A stretch of 64,000 nt of DNA, taken from positions 24,756 through 88,755 of IMG/VR virus record IMGVR_UViG_3300026488_000001; one strand, given 5' to 3'. The stretch's first letter is position 1; each line of letters begins with the position of its first letter. The position numbers and the translations under genes were made by a program. Origin of the DNA: a virus. The notes below the pieces were generated by a model. It was not told where the DNA came from, ran no database searches, and worked only from the letters and a program-made list of their open reading frames with translations. This document shows positions 18,456 to 27,738 of this stretch, piece after piece.

Positions 18456-18713
18456 ATGGTACTTAAACCAAAACAAGGAAAAGTTATTATAAACTACAAA
18501 GGTAAGCAAATAGAACTTCCCACTAAAGCAACCAAAGAAATCCTTTCTATCCCTGCTGTAAAAACCTTTCTTTCTAAAGGTATTGTCGAGCTTGTAGAAG
18601 AAAAAGAAGATAAGCAAGAACAACCTAAAGTAACCAAAGAAGAGTTTAAATCAGAAGAAAAACCTAAGCAAGAGAATAAATCAAAAAGAGGTAGATCATC
18701 AAAGAAGAAATAA
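18456..18713 (+). CDS. small Lys/Glu-rich hypothetical protein
   Basis: SD GGAGG; ORF. Confidence 0.65.
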   Translation: MVLKPKQGKVIINYKGKQIELPTKATKEILSIPAVKTFLSKGIVELVEEKEDKQEQPKVTKEEFKSEEKPKQENKSKRGRSSKKK

Positions 18714-18725
18714 GAGGATTAAACT

Positions 18726-19319
18726 ATGACTCTACAAGAACTCTTTGACTTGATTCTTATTAGAACAGGTGAATTTCTTATAGGTGCTGATAATGTAGAA
18801 CTCGATTTACCTAAATTTGAAGCTCTTGTTGATAAATCTCTTAAAACCTATTCCAAGTATAAACCTAAAAGAGAGAAACTCTTCATTAATCTTGAGAACT
18901 ACAAGTATACTTTTACAGATGAAATACCTAACTACATATCAGATGTAACACCTTGTTATTCTACTGTATTCAATCCACTATTACAGATAGCTAGTCAATC
19001 TGGTAATATTCCATTTATAGAGTGGGAGTATAGGAAACCTACTCTTTATGCTAACTTTAATGGAAAAGCTGAAGTTGAAGCTTGGTTTGATTGGGAAATC
19101 AAAACTGATGATTCGGGTAATAAGTATATAGAACTTGAAGATGAACTTTTCATTGATTTAATAACGGCAGAGTTTTTGTTAGGGTTAGCAAGAAGTAGGA
19201 GAGCTTTTTCAATTCAAGAGCTTCCTATTACAAGTGATTCAGAAATACTTGCATCTGAAGGACAAAAACTTTATGAAGATACCATTGAAACTTTAAGACA
19301 AACTTCTATTTTAATATAA
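18726..19319 (+). CDS. putative neck/head-tail adaptor protein
   Basis: Helical N-terminus and C-terminal ILASEG...E pattern reminiscent of gp13-type adaptors; position. Confidence 0.45.
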   Translation: MTLQELFDLILIRTGEFLIGADNVELDLPKFEALVDKSLKTYSKYKPKREKLFINLENYKYTFTDEIPNYISDVTPCYSTVFNPLLQIASQSGNIPFIEWEYRKPTLYANFNGKAEVEAWFDWEIKTDDSGNKYIELEDELFIDLITAEFLLGLARSRRAFSIQELPITSDSEILASEGQKLYEDTIETLRQTSILI

Positions 19320-19344
19320 TTAAATAATAAAAAGGAGGAAGATT

Positions 19345-19707
19345 ATGAATCTTATAAACGAATTAAATCAAATTTTGGAAACTATAATTAATGTTAAAAA
19401 TACTGATGGTATTAATTTAAAGAAAGGTGATAAATTTTATTACAGGAAAGATGATGTAGTTCTTACCGTACAAGAGATAAAAGATATTTCTGGGACAAAA
19501 TATGCAGTAGTTAAATCTGAAAATGGAGAAGTTTTGAAACTCCCAGTAGCTATGTTTAATTCAAGTTATGATTTTCTTGTTCCTTATGAACAATGGAAAA
19601 AAGAGTGGGAAAGAAAGGTTAGAGCTTTTGTAAATTCTATGAAAGGTAAAATGAATGATAATCAACTTAAGGAGTTAGAAAGGCAATTATTAAGTAGAAT
19701 AAAATAA
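19345..19707 (+). CDS. leader-bearing putative internal head protein
   Basis: Starts MNLINELNQILE; LKKGDKF SH3/KOW-like strands. Confidence 0.6.
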   Translation: MNLINELNQILETIINVKNTDGINLKKGDKFYYRKDDVVLTVQEIKDISGTKYAVVKSENGEVLKLPVAMFNSSYDFLVPYEQWKKEWERKVRAFVNSMKGKMNDNQLKELERQLLSRIK

Positions 19708-19799
19708 GTATGGGTGAAATTATAAATTTATTGGGTCTCTTATTTTAATTAATTCGAAGGTTTTGTATTTTTGTTGTACTTACTATAAGGAGTAAGGTA

Positions 19800-20321
19800 A
19801 TGAGATTGATAGATGAACTTGTAGAGTTGTTTCGTTTATACGAAGAGTTAGATGATAAGAAATTGGATAAAGCAGTTAAGTGGTTTATAAGGGAAATTCT
19901 TTTCTACTTGATACCTGATTGGAAAGAAAAAGACCCTAACTTAGCTATATTCCCGAAAAAAGGAAGTAAGTATTACGAAGCTTATGTTACTATCAAGTTT
20001 ACTAAAACAAGAGGTATTTGGTTAGAATTCTCAAGTAATCCATCTATTCAATATAGAATTCTTAAAATTTGGGTAACAGCAATTGATATGGGAGATAAAA
20101 TAGACTTTTCTATTTCAGTCTTTCCAGTTGAAAGAAACATACAGAAGTATATTGATGTAAATATACCAAGAAAACTATCTTTTGACATCTATGTACCAAA
20201 AGAAGAACTTGAAAAAGGAGTTTCTTCCCTTAAGTATATTGAGCCAGTTTTAAAGGAAGTAAGAGAAACAATAAAGGAGATATATGAAGGTTTGGAAAAG
20301 TTAGTTAAAAGGAAAAAGTAA
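19800..20321 (+). CDS. leader-bearing putative internal head protein
   Basis: Starts MRLIDELVELFRLYEE; RBS and leader DNA nearly identical to those at 28064. Confidence 0.6.
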   Translation: MRLIDELVELFRLYEELDDKKLDKAVKWFIREILFYLIPDWKEKDPNLAIFPKKGSKYYEAYVTIKFTKTRGIWLEFSSNPSIQYRILKIWVTAIDMGDKIDFSISVFPVERNIQKYIDVNIPRKLSFDIYVPKEELEKGVSSLKYIEPVLKEVRETIKEIYEGLEKLVKRKK

Positions 20322-20896
20322 TGGGACTTATACAAGAGGTTAATCAATTGTTGGAGAAAGTTAATAAACCAGATCCAAGACAGATAGTAGAAGTTCCGAA
20401 AAGGTTAAGAAGAAAGAATAGAGTAACATTAAAACAGATTTATTTAAATTTCCCTTACTCCGTTTATAAGTACGATCCTATTCCTCCTCAACCTGTAAAG
20501 ATTAGAAGAATAGAACTAACTGAAGATGAATTAGTAATGACTGTTCACGCTTATGTTAAATCTGTTTCAAGACCAGGAAAGTATCATAGTTGTGTTTTAC
20601 AGTTGGCAAGACCGAATACTAATATAGATTGGAATTGGGATTTACCAGTAGCAGTAAGATGTTCTTGTGAGTCTTTTAGATATTTCCTAGCTTATGCTCT
20701 TTACTCTCATGGAGCTTTATTTGGTAGACCATCTCTCTGGAATAAAGTACCTGCTAAAATACGAAATCCTATGAACATCCCTCAAGTATGTTCCCATTTG
20801 TGCTTATTAACTGAATATTTAATCAAACATAAAATAATAAAAGGTAAGGTAATTTGGAATACCCTAAAATATAGGGATGGTGGTAGGAAAAAGTAA
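20321..20896 (+). CDS. leader-bearing SWIM-type zinc-finger protein
   Basis: MGLIQEVNQLLE; CSC...CSH SWIM ligand pattern. Confidence 0.65.
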   Translation: MGLIQEVNQLLEKVNKPDPRQIVEVPKRLRRKNRVTLKQIYLNFPYSVYKYDPIPPQPVKIRRIELTEDELVMTVHAYVKSVSRPGKYHSCVLQLARPNTNIDWNWDLPVAVRCSCESFRYFLAYALYSHGALFGRPSLWNKVPAKIRNPMNIPQVCSHLCLLTEYLIKHKIIKGKVIWNTLKYRDGGRKK

Positions 20897-22299
20897 TGTT
20901 TAAAAACAAACTTTATCAAGATAAAGATTGGCTTTACCACCAATATTGGGAATTAGGTAAATCTACCAGACAGATAGCGAAAGAATTTGGTTATGGTATT
21001 AATACAATAAGAAGGTGGATGGACAAATTTGGAATTCCAAGAAGAAGTGTTGATGAGGGAATTCAGCAAAGATTTAAAGCACCTTACAGGAATAGAGATT
21101 GGTTGTATAATGAGTTAATTATAAAAGGCAAATCAAGAATTCAAGTAGCAAGAGAGTTAGGAGTTAATAGAGAGACTATTGATAAATGGGCAAAGAAGTT
21201 TGAAATAGGTTATCCAGAGAAACTTTACCAGAATAAAGAATGGTTAGAAGAACAATATGTGAAGTTAGGAAAATCAACTATTCAGATAGCAGAAGAATTA
21301 GGAGTTTCTGAAACTGTTATATTAAAGTGGTTAAAGAGATTTGAAATACCGATAAGAAGATGGCATAAGAAAGGAAAGTATACTAACAAAGAATGGCTTT
21401 ATAATGAGTATTATGTTAAAGGAAAATCTATAAAACAAATTGCTGAAGAATGTAATGTAAAACCCTCTTCAGTTAGATATTGGTTTGATAGGTTTGGTTT
21501 TGTATCAAGAGAAAAGTTTAAACCCGTTATTGGAAAAGAGTGGTTATACCAAGAATATGTAATTAGAAAGAAGTCAATGAAAGAAATTGCAAGAGAGTTA
21601 GGAATTCATTATAAAATTGTTTCTAATTTATTAAAACAGTACGATATTCCTATAAGGAATGTAAATGAAGCCGTTTCTTCTGTTTCCAACTTTTATCACA
21701 AACTTTCAGATTATTTTAGACAAGTTCTAGATGGGTCTTTAACTAAACCAAAATCTTTGAACTCTAATTCTTGTTATCAACATACTGATAAACACAAGAA
21801 TTATATAGAATGGCTAAGGCAACAGTTTATTGATGAAAGTTTGGAGTGTGGTAAAATTTATGAAAAGGAATATAAAAAATTAAATGCTAAAGCATATTGT
21901 TTCTCTACAAGAAGATATCCTTGCTTAACAGAACAATATTATAGATGGTATTCAGATAGTAAAAAGATAATACCAGATGATTTAAAACTTACTCCAACAG
22001 TTGTTCTTCATTGGTATATTGGTGATGGGAGTCTAATTAAACCATCAAAAGGTAAACCTTTCATCCATTTCGCTACCAACTGTTTTACTTTTGAAGAGGT
22101 TAACTTTTTGGTAGATCAACTTAATGAACTTGGACTAAAAGCATATTTAAGAACTGGAACTGAATACAGAACAAAAAGGAAATTTCCTTATATAGTTTTA
22201 TCAGTAAAATCAACTTTGGATTTCTTTGATTTTATAGGTTCTTGTCCAGAACCAATTAAACAAGACTATAATTATAAATGGGAATTAATTAACCTATAA
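20896..22299 (+). CDS. LAGLIDADG homing-endonuclease-like protein with five tandem HTH repeats
   Basis: Five KxWLY..Y...GKS..QIA.E.G repeats, then LDGSL and HWYIGDGS. Confidence 0.78.
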   Translation: MFKNKLYQDKDWLYHQYWELGKSTRQIAKEFGYGINTIRRWMDKFGIPRRSVDEGIQQRFKAPYRNRDWLYNELIIKGKSRIQVARELGVNRETIDKWAKKFEIGYPEKLYQNKEWLEEQYVKLGKSTIQIAEELGVSETVILKWLKRFEIPIRRWHKKGKYTNKEWLYNEYYVKGKSIKQIAEECNVKPSSVRYWFDRFGFVSREKFKPVIGKEWLYQEYVIRKKSMKEIARELGIHYKIVSNLLKQYDIPIRNVNEAVSSVSNFYHKLSDYFRQVLDGSLTKPKSLNSNSCYQHTDKHKNYIEWLRQQFIDESLECGKIYEKEYKKLNAKAYCFSTRRYPCLTEQYYRWYSDSKKIIPDDLKLTPTVVLHWYIGDGSLIKPSKGKPFIHFATNCFTFEEVNFLVDQLNELGLKAYLRTGTEYRTKRKFPYIVLSVKSTLDFFDFIGSCPEPIKQDYNYKWELINL

Positions 22300-22334
22300 A
22301 TTAAATTTAGAAGAATACACTAAAGGGCAATCCA

Positions 22335-23270
22335 ATGATAAAGTTTAGAGACCCAAACGACAAAATATTATTCCTTTCTGAAGCAGGCTTGTTAAACCAA
22401 TATGAACCTTTTGATGATGTAGAAAAACTCTCACAGGAAGCTATCGAAGAAATCTGGCAAGGTATTATTAAACGTCGTAAACCTTTAAAGAAGAGATTAA
22501 AAGACAGGAAGCGTTCTAAGATTCAAAAACAGAATTGGAAGAAATACAAAACAAAATATCTTTTGGCTTTAAGAAAGTGGCATCGTTCTGTAAGTGGTAA
22601 AAGGTTTCATAGAGCTTTAGGTAGGTTTTTAGCTTTAAGACTAAACAGAGAATCTTATAACCTTGATGTTAATGAAAGGTTTGATTTTCTCAAGTTACTA
22701 TCCAGTCTTAAAACTCATTGGTATATAGAGGGAGTTTATTACAAACCACTCTTAGAAGAAGTAGAATATGAACTCTTTACTGAAGAAGTATTACCACTAA
22801 TAGAAGAGATTGAAAAGAAAGTTTTAATTGAGAATAAACTTGATAAAGACGATATTGAGTTTCTATTTGGTATCTTTTACGAATCTAAAGAAAGATTTGT
22901 ATTAGCGGTTCAAGAAATTGTAAACAGAATAAAACAAGGTAGGTCACTTTCCAAGAGTTGTATAAGTGATGTTATCAAGTATGTAACTGATAACAAAGAA
23001 AAACTAAGAGAAGCAATTATAGGTTGGTTAGAGGAAGAAACTTTTGGAGGTTATCATTCAGTATTGCTTTCTCAAAGTTTAAGGAAAGTAATTTATGATC
23101 CAAATGAGAAATATTTTGTTAAGAAACAAGGTGACACATTTATCTATAAGCAAGGAGATTCAGAAGTAGTTTTTAAACTAAAATACTTACTTCCTGTAAA
23201 ACACCTTTTAGCTTACTTTGAAGGTGAAATCAATAATCTTTCTGATAAAGTTTATGAAATAGTTGATTAA
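22335..23270 (+). CDS. hypothetical head-region protein with basic segment
   Basis: ORF upstream of the protease; Lys/Arg-rich residues ~45-105. Confidence 0.6.
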   Translation: MIKFRDPNDKILFLSEAGLLNQYEPFDDVEKLSQEAIEEIWQGIIKRRKPLKKRLKDRKRSKIQKQNWKKYKTKYLLALRKWHRSVSGKRFHRALGRFLALRLNRESYNLDVNERFDFLKLLSSLKTHWYIEGVYYKPLLEEVEYELFTEEVLPLIEEIEKKVLIENKLDKDDIEFLFGIFYESKERFVLAVQEIVNRIKQGRSLSKSCISDVIKYVTDNKEKLREAIIGWLEEETFGGYHSVLLSQSLRKVIYDPNEKYFVKKQGDTFIYKQGDSEVVFKLKYLLPVKHLLAYFEGEINNLSDKVYEIVD

Positions 23271-23280
23271 GAGGTTTAAA

Positions 23281-24666
23281 ATGAAAGAACAAGTAATTGA
23301 TCTTATAGAACCACAAATTCAATTTACAGTAGAAGAATCAAGTGAAGTAGATGGTATCCACATCTTAGGTAAGGTAAAAGGTCAATTCTTTGTTCCTGAC
23401 GGTTACTCCAGAAATAATCGTTTTTATCCTCGTAAACTTTGGGAAAAGGTAATATCCAATCCTGATATTCAAAAGAGACTTAAAGAAAGACGAATGTTTG
23501 GAACTATCGGTCACGATACTCCTATAAATGATAATACAATAGCAGAAGGTAAAATTTCCCACATAGTAACTAACCTTTATATCGATGAACAAGGTAGAGG
23601 TATAGGAGAAGCTCTTATCCTTAATACCCCTGCTGGTAGAGTTCTTAATACTTTGTTAAGGGCAGGAGCTAAACTTTATGTTTCATCTAGGGCTTTTGGA
23701 GAATATGAAGGTAAAGATCCTACTGGTAAAGTTCCAGCTTTAAATCCTGACAAGTATGAACTAATAGGTTTTGATTTTGTCTATGATCCGGGATTTCTTC
23801 AAGCCAATCCTAAACTTGTAGAATCTATCAGAAAAGATTTGAAGCAATGTATAGGAGACATATGTTCTTTTGTTGAAAATCAAGATAAATCCAATGAAGT
23901 AAAGGAGGATAATAGTATGGCTATGGAACAAGTTTTGGAACAACTTACCAAAGAAAAAGTAGAACTTGAAAAAGAACTTGATAAGGTTCTTAAAGAGAAT
24001 GAAGAACTCAAGAAACAAATAGAAGAGTTCAAAAAGAAAGAGGAAGAGTGGAAAACTGTTTCTGAATCTCTTTCTAAAGTAGAAGAGGAACTTAAATCAG
24101 CTAAAGAAGAACTTGCTAAATATGAGAAGCTCGGAAAACCTGAAGAAATTGAAGAAACTATTAAGAAAGCTAAAGAGCTTCTCGAACAATACAAGGAAAT
24201 AGGTTCTCCTGAAGAAATTAAGGAAAGTATTGAAGATGCTAAAAAAGTTCTTCAAGAATATCTTGAAATTGGAAAACCTGAAGAAATAAGAGAAACACTT
24301 GAGAATGCTAAAAATATTCTTAAGAAGGTTGCAGTTTTTAAAGAGGAAGTAGGAGAACTTGATGAAGTAAAAGAGTTTCTTGAGTCTATGAAAGATGTAT
24401 TTGCTAAGATGGTAGAAGAAAAAAGACAAGCTAAGGTTGAAGAACTCTCTAAAGAATTTGGTGTAGAAAAAGAAGTTGTAGAGAGACTTGCTTCCAAAAT
24501 GGAATTTGATGAAGTAAAAGAAGTCCTTTCTAAAATGGTAGAATCTGCTAAGTATGTAAACAAGTATAAAGTATCTTCTAAAGTTGAAGAAGATAAGAAA
24601 GACAATTCAACTTCTAAATTCCTCAAACCAAGAACTATAAGACTTGCTGAATCCTTCCTAAAGTAA
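23281..24666 (+). CDS. prohead protease (T4 gp21-like) fused to coiled-coil scaffold
   Basis: SRNNRFYP, GTIGH, VSSRAFG, FDFVYDPG; E/K-rich C-terminal half; SD GAGGT before ATG at 23281. Confidence 0.88.
   Translation: MKEQVIDLIEPQIQFTVEESSEVDGIHILGKVKGQFFVPDGYSRNNRFYPRKLWEKVISNPDIQKRLKERRMFGTIGHDTPINDNTIAEGKISHIVTNLYIDEQGRGIGEALILNTPAGRVLNTLLRAGAKLYVSSRAFGEYEGKDPTGKVPALNPDKYELIGFDFVYDPGFLQANPKLVESIRKDLKQCIGDICSFVENQDKSNEVKEDNSMAMEQVLEQLTKEKVELEKELDKVLKENEELKKQIEEFKKKEEEWKTVSESLSKVEEELKSAKEELAKYEKLGKPEEIEETIKKAKELLEQYKEIGSPEEIKESIEDAKKVLQEYLEIGKPEEIRETLENAKNILKKVAVFKEEVGELDEVKEFLESMKDVFAKMVEEKRQAKVEELSKEFGVEKEVVERLASKMEFDEVKEVLSKMVESAKYVNKYKVSSKVEEDKKDNSTSKFLKPRTIRLAESFLK
23917..24666 (+). 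CDS. nested in-frame scaffold protein (249 aa)
   Basis: Internal AAGGAGG SD and in-frame ATG at the protease/coiled-coil boundary. Confidence 0.7.
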   Translation: MAMEQVLEQLTKEKVELEKELDKVLKENEELKKQIEEFKKKEEEWKTVSESLSKVEEELKSAKEELAKYEKLGKPEEIEETIKKAKELLEQYKEIGSPEEIKESIEDAKKVLQEYLEIGKPEEIRETLENAKNILKKVAVFKEEVGELDEVKEFLESMKDVFAKMVEEKRQAKVEELSKEFGVEKEVVERLASKMEFDEVKEVLSKMVESAKYVNKYKVSSKVEEDKKDNSTSKFLKPRTIRLAESFLK

Positions 24667-24676
24667 GGAGTAAAAT

Positions 24677-24910
24677 ATGATTAAGGAACTTAATAAGTTA
24701 CTTGAGGAATTTCAAAGAAAAGATGAATATGCTATGAGAGTTACTGAAATTCCCAAGTTCTTTGAAAAGATTAAGAAACAACTTGATAAGGTAACTGATT
24801 TACCTGAAGACTTGTTTAAAATTGATATGATTCAGAAAGATATAGATAAAGTGAAACAAGAACTTGATAAGATTTGGCAGAAGTTTAAATCAGGCAAGTA
24901 TGAAAGATAA
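24677..24910 (+). CDS. small leader-bearing head protein
   Basis: Starts MIKELNKLLE. Confidence 0.6.
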   Translation: MIKELNKLLEEFQRKDEYAMRVTEIPKFFEKIKKQLDKVTDLPEDLFKIDMIQKDIDKVKQELDKIWQKFKSGKYER

Positions 24911-24932
24911 ATCAATACTATTTTGTTTTTCC

Positions 24933-24960
24933 TAACTAACCTGCACTATCAGGTTAGTTA
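24933..24960 (+). promoter_or_regulatory. 11-bp stem-loop upstream of the major capsid gene
   Basis: TAACTAACCTG-CACTAT-CAGGTTAGTTA. Confidence 0.5.
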
Positions 24961-25024
24961 ACCTAGAAATCTCAATAAAATCTAAATCTACAACATTATT
25001 AAGAAATTAAGGAGGTAGTTAATA

Positions 25025-26410
25025 ATGAGCGAACTCGTTATTGAAAAGAAACTCAGAGAAGTAGAATACCAAGCTGAAGATTATCTCAAAAGGTATCGTG
25101 AACAAGTAGAAACTCTTGAATCTGCAACTTTCCTTGGAAAAGTAAGGGGAGTTCAGGCTTGGGACGTAGTTCAGCTCGGTAAGCAACTTGAAAAGTGGGA
25201 AATGCTTGAATCTATGGTTAAAGAAGATGGTGGACTTGCATCTCTTGGTGCACTTCCCAAAGTAGCTTTTGATGTTATCACAGTTGCTTACGGAAACTCT
25301 GTAATTCCTTTCATAGCTTCTGTTCAAAACATTGAAGAAGAAAGAGGAAATGTTTACTTCAAAGTAATTAAAAGACAAGATACAGGAAATACTATTATTG
25401 ATCCTAGAACTGGAGCTGTTCTTCCAAGTGGACTTGCTTCCAATGTAGTTTCTGATAAAGTAGTTGCTACTGGAGATGGTTCTACAACTACTTTCAATGT
25501 TACTCTTGATTCTATCCCTGTAAGACCTGAAACTTTTGAAGTTAAAGCAGGTTCTGCTTATGGTAAGGACGATGGAAAAGGAACAATTCTTGGTGTAGGT
25601 GTATGGGGAACGATTGACTACTCCACAGGAGCTGTGGAACTCAACTTTGCTTCTGCACCTGCTTCTGGTGAAGAAATTAAGGTTGGATATCAAGTAGATA
25701 TAGAAGGTGCTAATGATCTTCCTTCTATTGGTTCTGTATTTGAATCTATACCTGTTACAGCAAGGATTTATGCTCTTAAGGGAGTAGTAGGACTTCTCCA
25801 ATCTTATGCCCTCAGGCAAAGGTTTGGAATTGTAGCTGAGGATGAACTTGCTAAAGACCTTGTAGTTGCCATTAACAATGAGATTGGTGGTGACCTTATC
25901 AGGAAGATGAATGCTAATCCTGCTGGTGGGACAATTACTTGGGATAAAACTCCTCCTTCTGGAGTAAGCTACTTTGAACATAAGCAAACAATTAAAGACA
26001 GCCTTGCTGATCTTGAAGGAAAGATTGTTAGCAATGCAGGTAGGGGAGTTATTAATGTTATCATAGCAGGTGCTAAAGTTGCTGCTATTCTTTCTACACT
26101 ACCTGGATTTGAAAAGGTAGCTGATGGTAAAGCTATGGGTGCTCATGTATTTGGAACTCTTGATGGTGTAACTGTTATCAGGGTTAATGATGCTAATGCT
26201 CTTCCTGGTAATGTAGCACTCGGTATTTACAACCCTGATAATCCGTTTGAGGGTGCTGCTGTTTATGCTCCTTATATGCCTCTTACAACAACTGAGCTTA
26301 TTCCACTTTCACCTAATCCATTGACAAATCAGAAAGCTGCTGCTGTATGGGCAGGTGTAGAAGTTCTTGTTCCTCAGTTTGTAGGTAAACTTAATGTTCA
26401 AAATGCTTAA
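25025..26410 (+). CDS. major capsid protein (T4 gp23-like) with a beta-rich insertion
   Basis: IASVQ...GNVYF, VTARIYALK, AINNEI and YAPYMPL correspond to gp23 blocks; strong SD. Confidence 0.88.
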   Translation: MSELVIEKKLREVEYQAEDYLKRYREQVETLESATFLGKVRGVQAWDVVQLGKQLEKWEMLESMVKEDGGLASLGALPKVAFDVITVAYGNSVIPFIASVQNIEEERGNVYFKVIKRQDTGNTIIDPRTGAVLPSGLASNVVSDKVVATGDGSTTTFNVTLDSIPVRPETFEVKAGSAYGKDDGKGTILGVGVWGTIDYSTGAVELNFASAPASGEEIKVGYQVDIEGANDLPSIGSVFESIPVTARIYALKGVVGLLQSYALRQRFGIVAEDELAKDLVVAINNEIGGDLIRKMNANPAGGTITWDKTPPSGVSYFEHKQTIKDSLADLEGKIVSNAGRGVINVIIAGAKVAAILSTLPGFEKVADGKAMGAHVFGTLDGVTVIRVNDANALPGNVALGIYNPDNPFEGAAVYAPYMPLTTTELIPLSPNPLTNQKAAAVWAGVEVLVPQFVGKLNVQNA

Positions 26411-26413
26411 TAT

Positions 26414-26497
26414 AACATAGTAAAGTATTTGCTATGTTCGGTAGGAGTCCTCTGGCCAAGGTAATAACCTTGTTATGCTGGGGGACTCCTACTTTTA
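26414..26497 (+). terminator. tandem hairpins/terminator after the capsid gene
   Basis: Hairpin 26414-26438, then a long bulged stem GTAGGAGTCC...GGACTCCTAC followed by TTTT. Confidence 0.65.
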
Positions 26498-26525
26498 ATA
26501 AGAAAACAATAGGAGGATTAACATA

Positions 26526-27215
26526 ATGAGTCTTATACAAGAGATAGTTCAACTTGCAGAAGAAGCAGGAATAGAACTTCCAACTAAAACTTGCATATGT
26601 CCTAATTGCGGTTATGAAATGGAAACTCCTATGGGGATTCCTTGTTCTAACTATGATTGTCCTAAATGTGGAACTCCTATGACAAGGAAAATTGGGGAAG
26701 GTTATTCTCAATCTGTAAGAGATAAGTTTATTGAGTGGGTTAAGAAATATTTTAGTAATCCGAATGGATATTATTCTTTGACTAATTATGTTTTAGATAT
26801 TTTAAGTAAGTGTAAAGATGAAGTAGACTCTCTTCTTGACGATTTTGGGACATCTGAAAAAGAATGGGAAGATAATTGGAAAGAAATAGCTGATGCATTA
26901 ATGAATTATGAATTTGATCCTTATTCAGACCAATGGACAGACTGTGTTCATAAGTTAGCTAAAAAGTATGGTTATTCGGAATCTAAGAATGAATCTAAAA
27001 CAGTAAAAGCAAAACTTGTATTTAACGGTTCAGAAGAACCTACATTTTCTCTTATAGATGAACAAGGTAATGAAATTTTTAAAGGAATAGGAAAAGTAGA
27101 TACTATTGCCAAACTTCTCCAACTTAATTCCAATCCTACTGCTGAAGATGCTGTTGTTTGTGCTATGGAAAAAGGAGAGTGTGAAGTTGAAGTAGAATTG
27201 GAGAAAGAGGGATAG
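26526..27215 (+). CDS. leader-bearing multidomain protein with zinc ribbon
   Basis: MSLIQEIVQLAE; CICPNCG...PC...CPKCG. Confidence 0.65.
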   Translation: MSLIQEIVQLAEEAGIELPTKTCICPNCGYEMETPMGIPCSNYDCPKCGTPMTRKIGEGYSQSVRDKFIEWVKKYFSNPNGYYSLTNYVLDILSKCKDEVDSLLDDFGTSEKEWEDNWKEIADALMNYEFDPYSDQWTDCVHKLAKKYGYSESKNESKTVKAKLVFNGSEEPTFSLIDEQGNEIFKGIGKVDTIAKLLQLNSNPTAEDAVVCAMEKGECEVEVELEKEG

Positions 27216-27217
27216 GG

Positions 27218-27418
27218 ATGGTTACTATTGATTATGAACTGTGTATTAATTGTTTTCTTTGTATGAAAGAATGTCCAATGTTTTGTTTTTCTGAAGTAGA
27301 TGGTAAGTTAGTTTTAACTGAATCAGGTAAGAATACTTGTATTGGATGTGGAAATTGTATTCAAAGCTGTCCTACTCTTGCTTTAGATTGGGACTATAAT
27401 CATATCAGGTATTCCTGA
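27218..27418 (+). CDS. 2x[4Fe-4S] ferredoxin
   Basis: Two CxxCxxCxxxCP motifs (CINCFLCMKECP; CIGCGNCIQSCP). Confidence 0.88.
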   Translation: MVTIDYELCINCFLCMKECPMFCFSEVDGKLVLTESGKNTCIGCGNCIQSCPTLALDWDYNHIRYS

Positions 27419-27435
27419 TAACAAAGAGGAACAAA

Positions 27436-27735
27436 ATGGCTTTGATTGATAGTTTAAAGAAAACACTTGAACAATTGGTAATAAATAATGATCCTTACTC
27501 CTTTGATAGAGCTTTGTTAGATGCTCTTCCTCCATATAAAATAACCAAAGATATTCCCCCTCTACCTAATTCAAAAAACATAAAACTTGCTCTAAGAATC
27601 AAAGGAGGATTTCTGGCTTTAACTAAAGACAATGAACTTATTATTTATCACCAGAATGGTTCTTCAGGTTCAGTTAAGATTATTTTTGATAGAAAGGATA
27701 TTAAGTATTTAAAGAAGTTTTTAAAGGAGGTTTAG
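27436..27735 (+). CDS. leader-bearing putative internal head protein
   Basis: Starts MALIDSLKKTLE. Confidence 0.6.
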   Translation: MALIDSLKKTLEQLVINNDPYSFDRALLDALPPYKITKDIPPLPNSKNIKLALRIKGGFLALTKDNELIIYHQNGSSGSVKIIFDRKDIKYLKKFLKEV

Positions 27736-27738
27736 ATA

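Noticed and set aside
18726-18760. MTLQELFDLIL as a tenth leader
   Set aside because: Lacks the LI-x-E register and terminal Glu; the protein looks like a neck component
23365-24626. Several Ser/Phe-rich minus-strand ORFs
   Set aside because: Reverse complements of GAA/AAA-rich scaffold codons
25019-25987. 322-aa antisense ORF over the capsid gene
   Set aside because: Shadow of strong codon bias on the + strand; no SD or recognisable motif
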